Source: an uncultured delta proteobacterium (GTDB lineage: Bacteria > Myxococcota_A > Polyangia > Haliangiales > Haliangiaceae). From it: a DNA stretch of 64,000 nt. Below, in pieces: positions 10,272 to 22,086 of the stretch; the first letter of the stretch is position 1, and each line of letters starts with the position of its first letter. The position numbers and the translations under genes are program-made. Below the pieces are notes generated by a model. The model saw only the letters and a list, made by a program, of their open reading frames with translations. It was not told the origin of the DNA and ran no database searches. The stretch spans positions 288,001 to 352,000 of the forward strand of contig CAWKDB010000002.1 of assembly GCA_963848295.1 (NCBI GenBank). Direction: 5' to 3'.

Positions 10272-11030
10272 TCAGCGAATCGCGACGCGGGGAAGGGTCA
10301 GGTAATGCGTGTCGCTCTTCGGGTCGCCGAGGCGTTGGCGATAGCCCTCGCGGTGGATCGAGTGCGTGTTGACATCGGGCAAGCGCAGCGCGACGTCCTC
10401 CGACGTCGGCGCGAGTGGACCGCGGCGGACCAAGCTCGCATACGCCTCTTTCGCGCCGGCGAGCTCGCCGGTCGTCCGACCTCGTGCGGTAGCCGCGGCC
10501 TCGACCTGGGGCTCGAGCGCGAACCACTTGGCCTGCGCCTTCGCGAGCTGGCCGCGATACCCGGCGGTGTCGTAGGTGTCGCTGCCGAGCAGGTGGTGAT
10601 CGATGGCCTTCGCTCGCTCGAGCTCGCGCTCGCTGCGTAAGACCTCGAGCTGAGCGGTCAGGAATTCGCCGCGCAGCTCGCGCCACGCGAGGTCGGCGCG
10701 GCGGACCGCGACAGTCGCGCTATCGATCTGCGTGATCGCCGCGGCCTTGCGGCGCTCTTGGCCCTCGATCGCGGCGGCCCAGCTGTCGCCCGGCGCGGCG
10801 GGCGTGACGTCGGGGTGGTGCACCGCGGGCAGCGCGAGCATGCGGCGGTCCTCCGCGGTCGCGAGAACGATCGCGTAGAGCTCGCCTTCGGTCTGCGCGA
10901 CCTTCGCATCGTGCGCGCGATCGAGAGACGCGCGTTCCGCGGCAGGCACGGTCTGCCAATCCGCGAGTGGAACGCTCGTAAACCCAGCACAACCCGTCAA
11001 GACAAGTGCGACGAGATGGAATCCCCTCAT
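10272..11030 (-). CDS. Coiled-coil lipoprotein
   Basis: MRGFHLVALVLTGC lipobox; helical Ala/Glu/Arg-rich body. Confidence 0.65.
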   Translation of the reverse strand: MRGFHLVALVLTGCAGFTSVPLADWQTVPAAERASLDRAHDAKVAQTEGELYAIVLATAEDRRMLALPAVHHPDVTPAAPGDSWAAAIEGQERRKAAAITQIDSATVAVRRADLAWRELRGEFLTAQLEVLRSERELERAKAIDHHLLGSDTYDTAGYRGQLAKAQAKWFALEPQVEAAATARGRTTGELAGAKEAYASLVRRGPLAPTSEDVALRLPDVNTHSIHREGYRQRLGDPKSDTHYLTLPRVAIR

Positions 11031-11160
11031 CGTCCGATCGTGCAACGGTTTGCCGCGCGCGTCAGTAGTGCAGCCTGCAAGAAATCGTGAGCCCGAAGTG
11101 AGCGCGTACTGTCGCGCATGCGCGTACAGGTGCGTGCGCGTGAGCGCCCCGATGTCGCTG

Positions 11161-11568
11161 CTAACCCTGTTCGACGGGCTTGCCGGCTTTCACCCAGCCC
11201 GCGATCCCGGCCGGCATGATGTAGACGTCGGTGTAACCCAGCTTTTCCGCCGCGACCGCGGCGGTATGGCAGGCGTGTCAACTCTCGTTGTGACAGTAGA
11301 AGATCAACGTCGCGGCCTTATCGGGGGCGAGATCGCCAGCCTTGATGTCCTCGTCGTCGACCCACTTCGCCCCCGGCACGTGCGCCTTCTGCCAGACCTC
11401 TCTTGGATTGGCGTCGTAGAGGAACGTCTTGCCGTCTTTCGCGGCGATGCGCGTCGCGACCTGATCGACGGTCAGCGGCCGGAGCTCGTGTGGACCGCCG
11501 GCCGCGGTGTCCTTCGCGCAACCGACGAGCGCCACGGTGATGAGGATCAACAGCGAGCGGCGTTGCAT
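11161..11568 (-). CDS. Rhodanese-domain lipoprotein with in-frame UGA; probable selenoprotein (135 aa)
   Basis: Lipobox LVGC; rhodanese motifs LYDAN, HVPGA, LIFYC. TGA at 11278-11280 is followed in frame by HACHTAAVAAEKLGYTDVYIMPAGIAGWVKAGKPVEQG, the rhodanese C-terminal signature, ending at TAG 11161-11163. Confidence 0.85.
11247..11264 (-). promoter_or_regulatory. Putative bacterial SECIS hairpin
   Basis: CCGCCGC-GGUC-GCGGCGG: 7-bp GC stem with a G-initiated 4-nt loop, starting 13 nt after the UGA. Confidence 0.65.
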
Positions 11569-11605
11569 GGGTGACAGGCTAGCTCGTTCTTCGCGGTAGC
11601 GCGAG

Positions 11606-12643
11606 CTACGGATCGAAGTCACCGCCGCACACCGTCATGTCGTACGCGACCGGCAACCCGGTGCTCCCGTCGTAGGCGCCGACCCAGATCCAGTACTTCG
11701 TGCTCGGTAGCACCGCGAACGTATTGAACTCGTCCTCGGTCAACGACGTGAGCGTCGCGGTCGCGGTCGCGATCGTCTGGTTCTCCTGGAACACGACGTA
11801 GTCGAGATCGGCCGTCGCGCCCGGCCAGTTGAGCCGGACCGACAGCTCGTTCGCGCGCTCGCCGGTCGTGATCTCGTAGGTGTCGCGGTCGAGGTACTTG
11901 TCGCTGCCCGCGGCGACCGAGCCGCTCGATCCCGAGAGGTGTACGCTCTTGTTGCGGTCGACGGTCAGCCCGGTCGGCTCGGCGGCGTCATCGGCCGGGG
12001 TCAGCGTGAATGGCGTCGTCTGGCTGAAGTCGACGAGCATCACGTCGTTGCCGGTATTCGTCGCGGTGTCGAGCGCCTCGACGTAGTCCGGCATCGGCAC
12101 GCCGGTCGAATCGGGGCAGCGGTTCGTCGGCTGATCGGTGACCAACCGCACTTTGTACGGGATCGGCGCCGCGACGTCGGCGGTGCCGGTCGCGGTCACG
12201 ACGACCTCGTAGTTGCCGGCGTCGAGCTCGGCGAGAAACGCACCGTGATCGCCGAGCGTCGGGTCGAGCGTGCCGGCGTTCTCCAGCACCGGGTTTGGCG
12301 AGCTGTCGAAGATCTCGACCTTGAAGCCGGTGAGGCCGGTCGGCTGTGCGTTGTTGAACTGGATCAGCAGCTCGGCCGGGCTCGCGGGAATCGCGAGTTG
12401 ATACGTATCGACGTCCACCGTCCCCGACGCTGCGCTGAAGTGTCCCGAGTCGACTTGGCCGCAGATCGTCCGCGTCACGTCGACGGTGAGCCCGGTCGCC
12501 TCGAGCATCGTCGCGTTCGTCGCGTCGGACAGCTCGGTGTAGTCGCACTCGGGCAACGCGTCGACGTAGGCATCGCTACCTGCGCCACCTCCGCACGCAG
12601 CGAGCCCGACGAACGCAACGGCCACAGGGATGCGCATCATCAT
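11606..12643 (-). CDS. Acidic lipoprotein with two PPC-like beta-sandwich domains
   Basis: Lipobox LAAC; repeated DVDTY/DRDTY motifs, DLDYVVF, YWIWVGAY. Confidence 0.65.
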   Translation of the reverse strand: MMMRIPVAVAFVGLAACGGGAGSDAYVDALPECDYTELSDATNATMLEATGLTVDVTRTICGQVDSGHFSAASGTVDVDTYQLAIPASPAELLIQFNNAQPTGLTGFKVEIFDSSPNPVLENAGTLDPTLGDHGAFLAELDAGNYEVVVTATGTADVAAPIPYKVRLVTDQPTNRCPDSTGVPMPDYVEALDTATNTGNDVMLVDFSQTTPFTLTPADDAAEPTGLTVDRNKSVHLSGSSGSVAAGSDKYLDRDTYEITTGERANELSVRLNWPGATADLDYVVFQENQTIATATATLTSLTEDEFNTFAVLPSTKYWIWVGAYDGSTGLPVAYDMTVCGGDFDP

Positions 12644-12888
12644 CCCTACTCGCGTACAAGGCGAACGCCCGCGGCGCAAGCTCTGATCGCAAACTGATCG
12701 TTAGCAGGCGATGCGCACGCGCGTCAGGGTCGACGAATTTGCCCGGTGCTGCCACGACGTCGTGATGTGACTTCAAGGCGTGCTGCACGTACATCTCGGG
12801 ACGATCGCGAAACGTTAACGCCTGTGACCAGTCCGTCTGTTACCGTTACCGCCTGGCCGTGATCCACTAGCAGTTGTCGGAGGACACG

Positions 12889-14490
12889 ATGTCGAATCGA
12901 TTGGGCTGGCTCGCGCTCGCGGTGGCTACGGGATGCACGACGCAAGACCCGACCTCGGGCGAACGCACCAAGGTGCAGTATGGATCGCAGCTCGGCGCGC
13001 CGGCGCCGCCGCAGACGTTCGTGCCGCTGACAAACCAACCGGAGTTTGCGGCGAACCTCTCGCTCGTGTTGCCCGACGGCACCGTGATGTCGCAGGACAC
13101 CGATGCAGGCGACTGGTGGCGGCTGACGCCGGACCTCACCGGCAGCTACATCAACGGCACGTGGACCGAGCTCGCGTCGCTGCCGGATGGTTACTCGCCG
13201 TTGTATTACGCCTCCGCAGTGCTGCCCGACGGCCGCGTGATCGTCGAAGGCGGCGAGTACAACGGCGGCGGCGAGGGCGTGTGGACCACGCTCGGCGCGA
13301 TCTACGACCCCGCGATGGATCAATGGACGTCGGTAGACCCGCCGACCGGCTGGGGCACGATCGGCGATGCGCAGAGCGTCGTACTCGCCGATGGCCGGTT
13401 CATGATGGCCGACTGCTGCACGACCAACGAGGCGATCCTCGACGCGACCAGCTTGACCTGGACGCCGACCGGCACCGGCAAGGAAGACATCAACGACGAA
13501 GAAGGCTGGACGCTGTTGCCCGACAACACGCTGTTGACCGTCGACGCGACGAACGGCGGCAAGCCGATGGAGTCGGAGAACTACGACCCGACGACCGGCA
13601 CGTGGTCGAGCCTCGGCGATACGCCGGTGCTGCTCGCCGATCCGGGCTCGAGCGAGCTCGGCCCCGCGGTGCTGCGCCCGAACGGCACCGTGATCGCGAC
13701 CGGCGCGACCGGGCACAACGCGGTCTACGACACCGCGACCAAGACGTGGACCGCGGCGCCTGACTTCCCGATCGTCGCCGGCGGTCAGCTCGATATCGCC
13801 GACGGCCCGGGCGCGTTGATGCCGAACGGCAACGTGCTGTTCGCCGCGAGCCCCGGCGTGTTCGGCAACGGCGTCGTGTTCTTCGAGTGGGATGGCACGG
13901 CGTTCAACATGGTCGACGGCCCCGACTTCGCGCCCGATCTCACGTCGTATCAATGCAACCTGTTGCCGCTGCCGAGCGGCGAGATCATGTTCACCTCGCA
14001 ATCCTCGGACGTCGAGATCTACGAGCCGGTGCCGCCGGCCGACACGAGCGCGTTCCAACCGGTGGTCACCGCGGTGCCGGTGCTCGAGGGCACCACCGGG
14101 CTGACCGGGCGCGAGATCGCGAACACGCGCAGCGTCGAGCACCACGCGGCGACCAGCGGGCTGTCGCCGTATCAACTGCCGCTGATGACGATCTACACCG
14201 GCCACACGTACACGGTGAGCGGCACGCGCCTCAACGGCGTATCGCAAGGGGCGGCGTACGGCGACGACGGCCAAGCCTCGACGGCGTTCCCGCTCGTCCG
14301 GTTCACGAACATGACGACCGGGCACGTCCAGTACGCGCGCACGCACGACGGCAGCAACTTCGCGATCGCTCCGACGACGACCGGCTCGACGCACGTCGAT
14401 GTCCCGGCCGGCATCGAAGGCGGACTCGCGAAGCTGGAAGTAGTCGCGAGCGGCGTCGCGTCGCCGGGATTGCTCGTCAACGTGAAGTGA
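12889..14490 (+). CDS. Kelch/galactose-oxidase-like beta-propeller lipoprotein
   Basis: Lipobox ATGC; repeated (V/L)LPDGxV...YDP...W(T/S) units; Ig-like C-terminus. Confidence 0.8.
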   Translation: MSNRLGWLALAVATGCTTQDPTSGERTKVQYGSQLGAPAPPQTFVPLTNQPEFAANLSLVLPDGTVMSQDTDAGDWWRLTPDLTGSYINGTWTELASLPDGYSPLYYASAVLPDGRVIVEGGEYNGGGEGVWTTLGAIYDPAMDQWTSVDPPTGWGTIGDAQSVVLADGRFMMADCCTTNEAILDATSLTWTPTGTGKEDINDEEGWTLLPDNTLLTVDATNGGKPMESENYDPTTGTWSSLGDTPVLLADPGSSELGPAVLRPNGTVIATGATGHNAVYDTATKTWTAAPDFPIVAGGQLDIADGPGALMPNGNVLFAASPGVFGNGVVFFEWDGTAFNMVDGPDFAPDLTSYQCNLLPLPSGEIMFTSQSSDVEIYEPVPPADTSAFQPVVTAVPVLEGTTGLTGREIANTRSVEHHAATSGLSPYQLPLMTIYTGHTYTVSGTRLNGVSQGAAYGDDGQASTAFPLVRFTNMTTGHVQYARTHDGSNFAIAPTTTGSTHVDVPAGIEGGLAKLEVVASGVASPGLLVNVK

Positions 14491-16919
14491 GAGAGCGCGC
14501 GGTCATCGCGGTCGTCGCGCTAGTCTCCCTCGGGGCGTGCCACGGCACGATCGCGGCCTCGCACGATGCGGGCGACGCGGCGATCGACGCGAGCTCGGAC
14601 GCCGCGCCCGGCATCGTGACGATCACGTCGACCCGCGACAGCGCTCGGTTCGTCACGCGCGAGCACATGCTCGCCGCGGGCGAGATGCAGATCTCCGGCG
14701 AGCCGCTCGCGCAGGCGATGGGGCGCGACCTGACGGCGTATAGCCGCGACCAGATTCCGCCGAACCTCTACAACGATCCGGCGCTCGGCATCCTGTGGAT
14801 CGATCTGACCGGGTTCTCGACCGCCGTCGAGTCGTACGAGTATTCGAAGCAGCCGATGAACAACCTCGCGTTCGAAGGCGGGGCCGGCACCTCGCTCGCG
14901 TATGCGCCGCTGGTCGATACCGATGCCGCGATCGGCGCCGGCGCGACCGCGCACCTCGCCGCGCTCGTCCAGCACTACGCGGTCGGCAGCGACGCCGCCG
15001 GCATCTTCGTGTTCCCGCCCGGCACGTTCCCCGCCGCGAACCCGATCGGCGACGTCAACCCGACCGGCGCGGGCACGGGCGCCGAGAACCCGGTCGGCTG
15101 GCCGGGGATCTGGCCCACGACTCACGTGTTCGCGAGCTTCGACCCGACGATCGATCCGACGAGCCAGATCGCGCTGTTGTGCTCGATAAGCTCGGACGAC
15201 GATCCGCACGACCTCGGCACGCTGCAGTGCGCGGACTACGAGTGCGACGCGACGACGTTGCACCTCCGCGATCGCGCGAGTCAGATCGACTCGACGATCA
15301 CGCCGGGCGCCGACGGGTTCTCGGCCTGGAAGTACGGGCTGTGGTCGCTGAACTACTTGCAGGTCATGCACGACAGCAACGAAGCGGCGGTCGCGAGCGT
15401 CGCCGATGCGGATCTCGCGACGGTCGGAACCGCCGGCAACGGGATCGTGGGGCTCGACGCGAACGGCATGCCGACCACGCCCGGGACGTTCCTCGGCTCG
15501 AGCCGGATCGAAGGCCTGCAAGCGCAGATGATGATCGTCGAGATCGACAGCCGCGCCGACGACTGGATCTCGCGGCTGACGACGAGCGATGGCACGTCGC
15601 TGTCGGGCTTCGCATCGATCGAGGATGCGCTCGCCTACAACTACAGCTCGCCGTTGCGCTGGTTCCCCGGCGCGATCGCGGTGACCGAGCAACCGGGCGG
15701 CGACTTTCCGATGCCGAGCTACGCGTTGGCGTCTCCGGACAGCACCGCGCTCGATCTGATCGGGCTCGCGATGGGCTACGCCGAGTTCTTCTCGCTGACC
15801 GACACGGCGAATCGCGATGTCGGCGGTGCGCAGGCCGCTCGCGCCTACTTCGACGGCGATCCGTTCCCGGCCGACGATCAGCTCGCCGACGGCGAACCGA
15901 CCCTGCACGACCGCGCGCTCGCGATGATCCGAGTCGCCGTCGTCGACCTCGATCGGCTGCACACCGATCCGGCGACCGGCCTGTTGGTCGATGAGGTCGC
16001 GATGACGGGCGCGACGCCGAGCCGCGGTCACACGCTGTCGACGACGACCGCGGCCTACGCGATCATCGGGTTGCGCACGATCGGGCGCGCCCTGAGCTCG
16101 CAGCTCGAGCTGTACTCGAACAACACGCCCGACGACGCGATCACGACGACGCCGCTCGACCCGCTCGCGCTCGATGATCCCGGTGCGGCGGTGACGTTCG
16201 GCGGCCGGGTCACCCAGATGCTGCGCGCGCACGCCGATTTGCTGCTCGATCACCTCACCGACGCGACCGGTCGCGCCTACGACGGCTGGGACGTCACGAC
16301 CGGCGCGCCGATCGACCATCAAGACCTGCTCGATGCCCACACGGCCGCGATCCGCGGGCTGTTCGCCGCGTACCTCGCGACCGGCGACACCCGTTACCGC
16401 GATCGCGCGCTCGCCGTGTTCGACCGCATGCAGGCGACGTTCTACGACCCGACCGCGCGGATCTATTCGGCGACGCCTTTCCCGGTCGACGACGTCACGT
16501 TCACGCCGCTGCGCTTCGCGCTGCTGCAGAGCGCGCTGCGCGATGTCTACGAGCTGATCGCGTCGCGTCCCGGCCACGAGCCGATGGAGCCGGAGGTCGA
16601 AGCGCTGATCGCTCGGCTCGACAAGCTCGTGCTCGACGGCTGGGATGACCGCAATCAGAACCGCGAGGTCGATTGGCCGAGCGAATGTACGAACGTCGAC
16701 GTGCGCGGTGTGCCGCAAGGCGGCCTGCAGATGGCGGAGCGCACGCTGACCGGCGAGATCGGCAGCTACGACGAACGGCTCGAGCCCGGTGACCCGCGGA
16801 TCCCGACGTTCGACCGCGACGAGGACTGCGTCTCGGAGATCGACGATGTCCACCTGCCGTCCGCGCTCGCCGACTCGGTGACGTTCCACATCGCGCGGAG
16901 CGCAGGCCGGGGGCCGTGA
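14487..16919 (+). CDS. Large acidic lipoprotein, possibly with an alpha/alpha-toroid C-terminal region
   Basis: GTG start overlapping the upstream stop; lipobox LGAC; AIRGLFAAYLATGDTRYRDRA resembles an (alpha/alpha)6 hairpin. Confidence 0.7.
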   Translation: MRERAVIAVVALVSLGACHGTIAASHDAGDAAIDASSDAAPGIVTITSTRDSARFVTREHMLAAGEMQISGEPLAQAMGRDLTAYSRDQIPPNLYNDPALGILWIDLTGFSTAVESYEYSKQPMNNLAFEGGAGTSLAYAPLVDTDAAIGAGATAHLAALVQHYAVGSDAAGIFVFPPGTFPAANPIGDVNPTGAGTGAENPVGWPGIWPTTHVFASFDPTIDPTSQIALLCSISSDDDPHDLGTLQCADYECDATTLHLRDRASQIDSTITPGADGFSAWKYGLWSLNYLQVMHDSNEAAVASVADADLATVGTAGNGIVGLDANGMPTTPGTFLGSSRIEGLQAQMMIVEIDSRADDWISRLTTSDGTSLSGFASIEDALAYNYSSPLRWFPGAIAVTEQPGGDFPMPSYALASPDSTALDLIGLAMGYAEFFSLTDTANRDVGGAQAARAYFDGDPFPADDQLADGEPTLHDRALAMIRVAVVDLDRLHTDPATGLLVDEVAMTGATPSRGHTLSTTTAAYAIIGLRTIGRALSSQLELYSNNTPDDAITTTPLDPLALDDPGAAVTFGGRVTQMLRAHADLLLDHLTDATGRAYDGWDVTTGAPIDHQDLLDAHTAAIRGLFAAYLATGDTRYRDRALAVFDRMQATFYDPTARIYSATPFPVDDVTFTPLRFALLQSALRDVYELIASRPGHEPMEPEVEALIARLDKLVLDGWDDRNQNREVDWPSECTNVDVRGVPQGGLQMAERTLTGEIGSYDERLEPGDPRIPTFDRDEDCVSEIDDVHLPSALADSVTFHIARSAGRGP

Positions 16920-17425
16920 TGCGCGTGCGAGCCGCCGCGGTCGCATGCATCGCCTTGGGGTGCGGCGACAACGCGCCACCACCGCCCGACGCCGCGGTGC
17001 CACCCCCGCCGGCGCCGTGCGTCGCGACGTTCGCGGGCAACTTCGCCGAGACCGTCGAGCTCGCGCCGGGATGCGCGACGGCGTCGACCGCCGGAACGAT
17101 CGCGCTGGCGCTGCCGTCGACGGTCCTCGCGACGGTCGATGCGATCGCGATCGATCTCGGGGCCGCGCCGGCGATCGGCAACTACTCGTCTGCCACCGTG
17201 CATGCGTGGAGCGCGCGGGCGACCGTCCAGCACGGCAGCGACGTGTGCATCTATCTGGCGGGCTCGTCGGCCGTGCCGGCCGGGAGCTTCATGATGGCGA
17301 TCTCGGCCGTCGACCCCGCGCGCCACACGGTGCACGGCACGCTCGCCGTCGAGCAAAACGTCTTGGCCGGTGCGGAGACCAACTGCGGCGCTGACAGCGT
17401 CGAACAGGTGACCGTCGAGTTTTGA
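16916..17425 (+). CDS. Small lipoprotein
   Basis: Lipobox ALGC-GDN, Pro-rich linker; 4-bp overlap with the upstream gene. Confidence 0.7.
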   Translation: MMRVRAAAVACIALGCGDNAPPPPDAAVPPPPAPCVATFAGNFAETVELAPGCATASTAGTIALALPSTVLATVDAIAIDLGAAPAIGNYSSATVHAWSARATVQHGSDVCIYLAGSSAVPAGSFMMAISAVDPARHTVHGTLAVEQNVLAGAETNCGADSVEQVTVEF

Positions 17426-17518
17426 TCCACGGGACCGGGTGTCAGCGCTGTCGCGCGAAAGCCCACACGAACCTCCATCGCGGGCGGCCCAGCGCTACCC
17501 TAGAATGGGCAAACGGGG

Positions 17519-19070
<1,552 letters not shown>

Positions 19071-19101
19071 TGCCGCGTCGCCCCGCCCGCGCGCGCGCGT
19101 T

Positions 19102-20304
19102 ATGGTCGGCGCGGTGCGAAGCGCAGCCGTCCTCGCAGTCGTCATCGCCGGGTGCGGCGCGTCGGTCCCGCCGGTGCCGAGTCGCGGCGGACCGCCCTGG
19201 ATCGAGCTGACGAGCGAGCACTTCAGGCTGTGGACCGACGGTACGTCCGCGCGCGGTCACCAGCTGATCCGCGAGATGGAGCACTTGCGTCAGGTCATCG
19301 TCGGCGCGGTGTTTCCCACGGTCCCGGCCGAGGGCCGGATCATCGTGATCGCGCTACGCGACGACTACGAGCTCCAGGCGTTCTCGCTCACCGACGAGCC
19401 GCGTGCGTACGCGATGCTGCCGCACTGGCCGATGTGGCAGCCGATGATCGTGCTCGCCGCCGACAGCAACCAGCCGCAAGGCGACCAGACCGTCGCGCAC
19501 GAGCTGACTCACGCGATCTCGTGGGGCGTCGTCCATCATCAACCACGGTGGTTCGCCGAGGGCATGGCGTTCTATCTGCAAACGGTCGGGCTCGATCCCG
19601 ATCGCACGGCGGTCGACATCGGCGCGGCGCCGACCTACCGCGGTGCACCACTGCGGCTCGGCCGGCTCGTCCCGCTGCCGTCGCTGTTCGCGTGGCGCGG
19701 CATGACGACCGACGAGTACCCGCAGTACAGCACCGGGTTCGCGCTGTTCGCGTACTTGTTCAACGAGCATCGCGCGGAGCTGTCGCACTACATGCAGCTG
19801 CTCGATCAGATGCCGACCGCCGACCCGGCCGTCGTCTGGCAACAAGCGTTCCCGTCGCTGCCGATCGGCGACACGATCGACACGCTGCGCGAGTGGATCG
19901 TCCACGGCCACCACACCGTGTTGCACTTCACGACCGAGCCGCGCACCTGGCCGGTGACCGAACGCACGCTCGGCGACGGCGACGTCTACGCGGTGCGCGC
20001 GCTGCTGCGCTGTCGCGATACCCGGTGCAGCGCGGCGGCGGCCGACCTCGCGGCCGCGCTCGCCGCCGACCCGACGAACGTGATCGCGCGCGTGATCGAG
20101 ACCGGCGTCACGAAGCACGTCGCACTCTCCGACGCGCGCGCGGTCGTGGCCGCGCACGACGATAGCTGGCTCGCCTGGATGTTGCTCGCGGAGGCGCTGC
20201 CGGTCGGCGACGAGCGGACGCGAGCGATTGCGAATGCCTGCGAGCGCGCCGCGCGGAATCCGGCGATCGTGCCTCCGCCCGGCGAGTGCCCGAGGACCCG
20301 CTAG
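19102..20304 (+). CDS. Lipoprotein with gluzincin-type zinc metallopeptidase motif (DUF1570-like)
   Basis: Lipobox IAGC; AHELTH...PRWFAEGMA. Confidence 0.75.
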   Translation: MVGAVRSAAVLAVVIAGCGASVPPVPSRGGPPWIELTSEHFRLWTDGTSARGHQLIREMEHLRQVIVGAVFPTVPAEGRIIVIALRDDYELQAFSLTDEPRAYAMLPHWPMWQPMIVLAADSNQPQGDQTVAHELTHAISWGVVHHQPRWFAEGMAFYLQTVGLDPDRTAVDIGAAPTYRGAPLRLGRLVPLPSLFAWRGMTTDEYPQYSTGFALFAYLFNEHRAELSHYMQLLDQMPTADPAVVWQQAFPSLPIGDTIDTLREWIVHGHHTVLHFTTEPRTWPVTERTLGDGDVYAVRALLRCRDTRCSAAAADLAAALAADPTNVIARVIETGVTKHVALSDARAVVAAHDDSWLAWMLLAEALPVGDERTRAIANACERAARNPAIVPPPGECPRTR

Positions 20305-21185
20305 CGGTCGGCGATCGCGGTGCCGGTGCGGCACGCCGTCGCGAGCGCCGCCCAGAACTGTGGTGCAACGCCTCCGTAGTAGCGCGTGAACCAATACAGC
20401 CGCGTCCCTCGCACGCGCTCGCAGCGGTCGAGCGCCGCGATCCGGTCGAGCTCGACATTCGTGTTGCTCGCGATCGCATCCGCGAGCACAGCCGGGTCGG
20501 TCACCGCTTCGAACGTCGTGATCGCCGAGAGGTCGCGCAGCCGCTGGTCGACGAACCGGCCGCGCTGGGCGAGCGCCGCGTCGGCGACCGGCCGATGCAG
20601 CCGCACGAGGATCGCGGTCAGCTGCGAGCTCGCCCACCGCGACGTATCGGCCGCGACCCGCACGCGCTCGATCGCGACCGCGTCGAGCCGGGCGAGCAGC
20701 TCGGGATGATCCACGATCCACCAGCCCGCCTCCTCTGCCATCGCCGGATCGCCGAGCGCATCGATCACGACCTGCCCGCGGTCGGCCTCGGTGGTCGCGG
20801 CCGCGTAGCGCTCGAGCGTCGGTAGCAGCTTCGCGTAGTCGCGCACGTAGCCCTCGTAGTGCCCGACCGGCCAGCCGTCGGCGCCGACGAACACGAGCGC
20901 GGTGCGACCGACCGCGAAGCCCGCCGCGCAGCTCGTATTGGTCTCCTTCGCGACCAGCTTGCCGGCCTTGCCTTTGAGCAGCTGCCTGACCGCGAGGTCG
21001 ACGTCTCCCGCCGGCCCGAGCCCGTGCGCCGCGGGCGGCATCCGGCGCACCTTCGCGACCGCGACGGTCTCGGCGAGGTCGAACAGCTCGAACACCGTCT
21101 GATGCCGCTTCGAGCAAGCATGCGCGCGCGGCGCTGACGCAGCGATCACCGATGCCACCGCGACCACGATCGCAACGCGACCCAT
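20301..21185 (-). CDS. Secreted hypothetical protein
   Basis: Signal peptide ending AHA-CS; beta N-domain followed by helical repeats. Confidence 0.65.
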   Translation of the reverse strand: MGRVAIVVAVASVIAASAPRAHACSKRHQTVFELFDLAETVAVAKVRRMPPAAHGLGPAGDVDLAVRQLLKGKAGKLVAKETNTSCAAGFAVGRTALVFVGADGWPVGHYEGYVRDYAKLLPTLERYAAATTEADRGQVVIDALGDPAMAEEAGWWIVDHPELLARLDAVAIERVRVAADTSRWASSQLTAILVRLHRPVADAALAQRGRFVDQRLRDLSAITTFEAVTDPAVLADAIASNTNVELDRIAALDRCERVRGTRLYWFTRYYGGVAPQFWAALATACRTGTAIADR

Positions 21186-21216
21186 GGGGCCTGAACGCGC
21201 GAGCCGGCTCGGCGGT

Positions 21217-22086
21217 CTAGCGCTTGCGGCCGAAGTCGTCGCCCGCGGACGTCTCTTCGGACGCGGACCAATCGACGAGCTGCGAATCGTCGACCGCGAG
21301 CTCGCGCTCGCGAAAGTCGCTGACGTCGGTCTCGACCTCGTCGTTGCCCTCGGTCTGACCGCGACGCACCACCGGCTTGGCGCCGGCGACCGGCGCGGGA
21401 GGCGCAGCTTGCGCTTGCGGGCGGCGCTGTTGCGGCGTGCCGGGACGCCCGATGCCGGTCGAGGCGTTGCGGAACCGGCCGGTCGGCGGGCGCGCGCGAA
21501 TCACGCCCGCGGGTTGCGCTCCGCCGTCGCGCTCGAGCTCGCTGACCATCTCCGCGAACGGCTCGGCGGCTGGCGCGGGAATGCTCGGTCCGGACGCGGT
21601 CGGCCGCGACGGCGAGGCACCGACCGGCCGCGACGGCGCTGCGCTGACCGAGTGCGGCACCGCTTCGGGCGGAGGCGGCGCGAGCGGCGACTTCGCCGCG
21701 AATCGACTCGGCGCCGGCGTCGGCGTCGGCCGCTCGGGCGCGGTCGGCTTGACCACGGCGGACCCGAGGGGTGGCGTCGTCGTGCTGACGATCATCGCCG
21801 GCAGCTTGCCGGTGAGCGCCCGCGCCGCGACGTCCTGGATCGAGCGCCAGATCAGCGCGGTCGGGATGTGCTCGACCAGGTTCGCGACCCCGACCGTTTC
21901 GACGACGAGCGTCGCATCGACCTTGGGCGCGCCGAGCGCGGCGGTGAGCAGGCGCGCCCACAGCGGGCGCGGCAAGTGGGCCGCGAGGACGTCGGGCGTC
22001 ACGTGCCGCAGCACGTCGTCGGGCACAGCGAGCCCGAGATCGAGCGCGCCCTGCAGCGCGTCGACGCAAAACGTCTTCACATTCAC
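21217..22086 (-). CDS. Hypothetical protein: helical TPxxLxxHLP domain plus disordered tail
   Basis: N-domain is similar to the adjacent 22083..22388 protein. Confidence 0.7.
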   Translation of the reverse strand: MNVKTFCVDALQGALDLGLAVPDDVLRHVTPDVLAAHLPRPLWARLLTAALGAPKVDATLVVETVGVANLVEHIPTALIWRSIQDVAARALTGKLPAMIVSTTTPPLGSAVVKPTAPERPTPTPAPSRFAAKSPLAPPPPEAVPHSVSAAPSRPVGASPSRPTASGPSIPAPAAEPFAEMVSELERDGGAQPAGVIRARPPTGRFRNASTGIGRPGTPQQRRPQAQAAPPAPVAGAKPVVRRGQTEGNDEVETDVSDFRERELAVDDSQLVDWSASEETSAGDDFGRKR

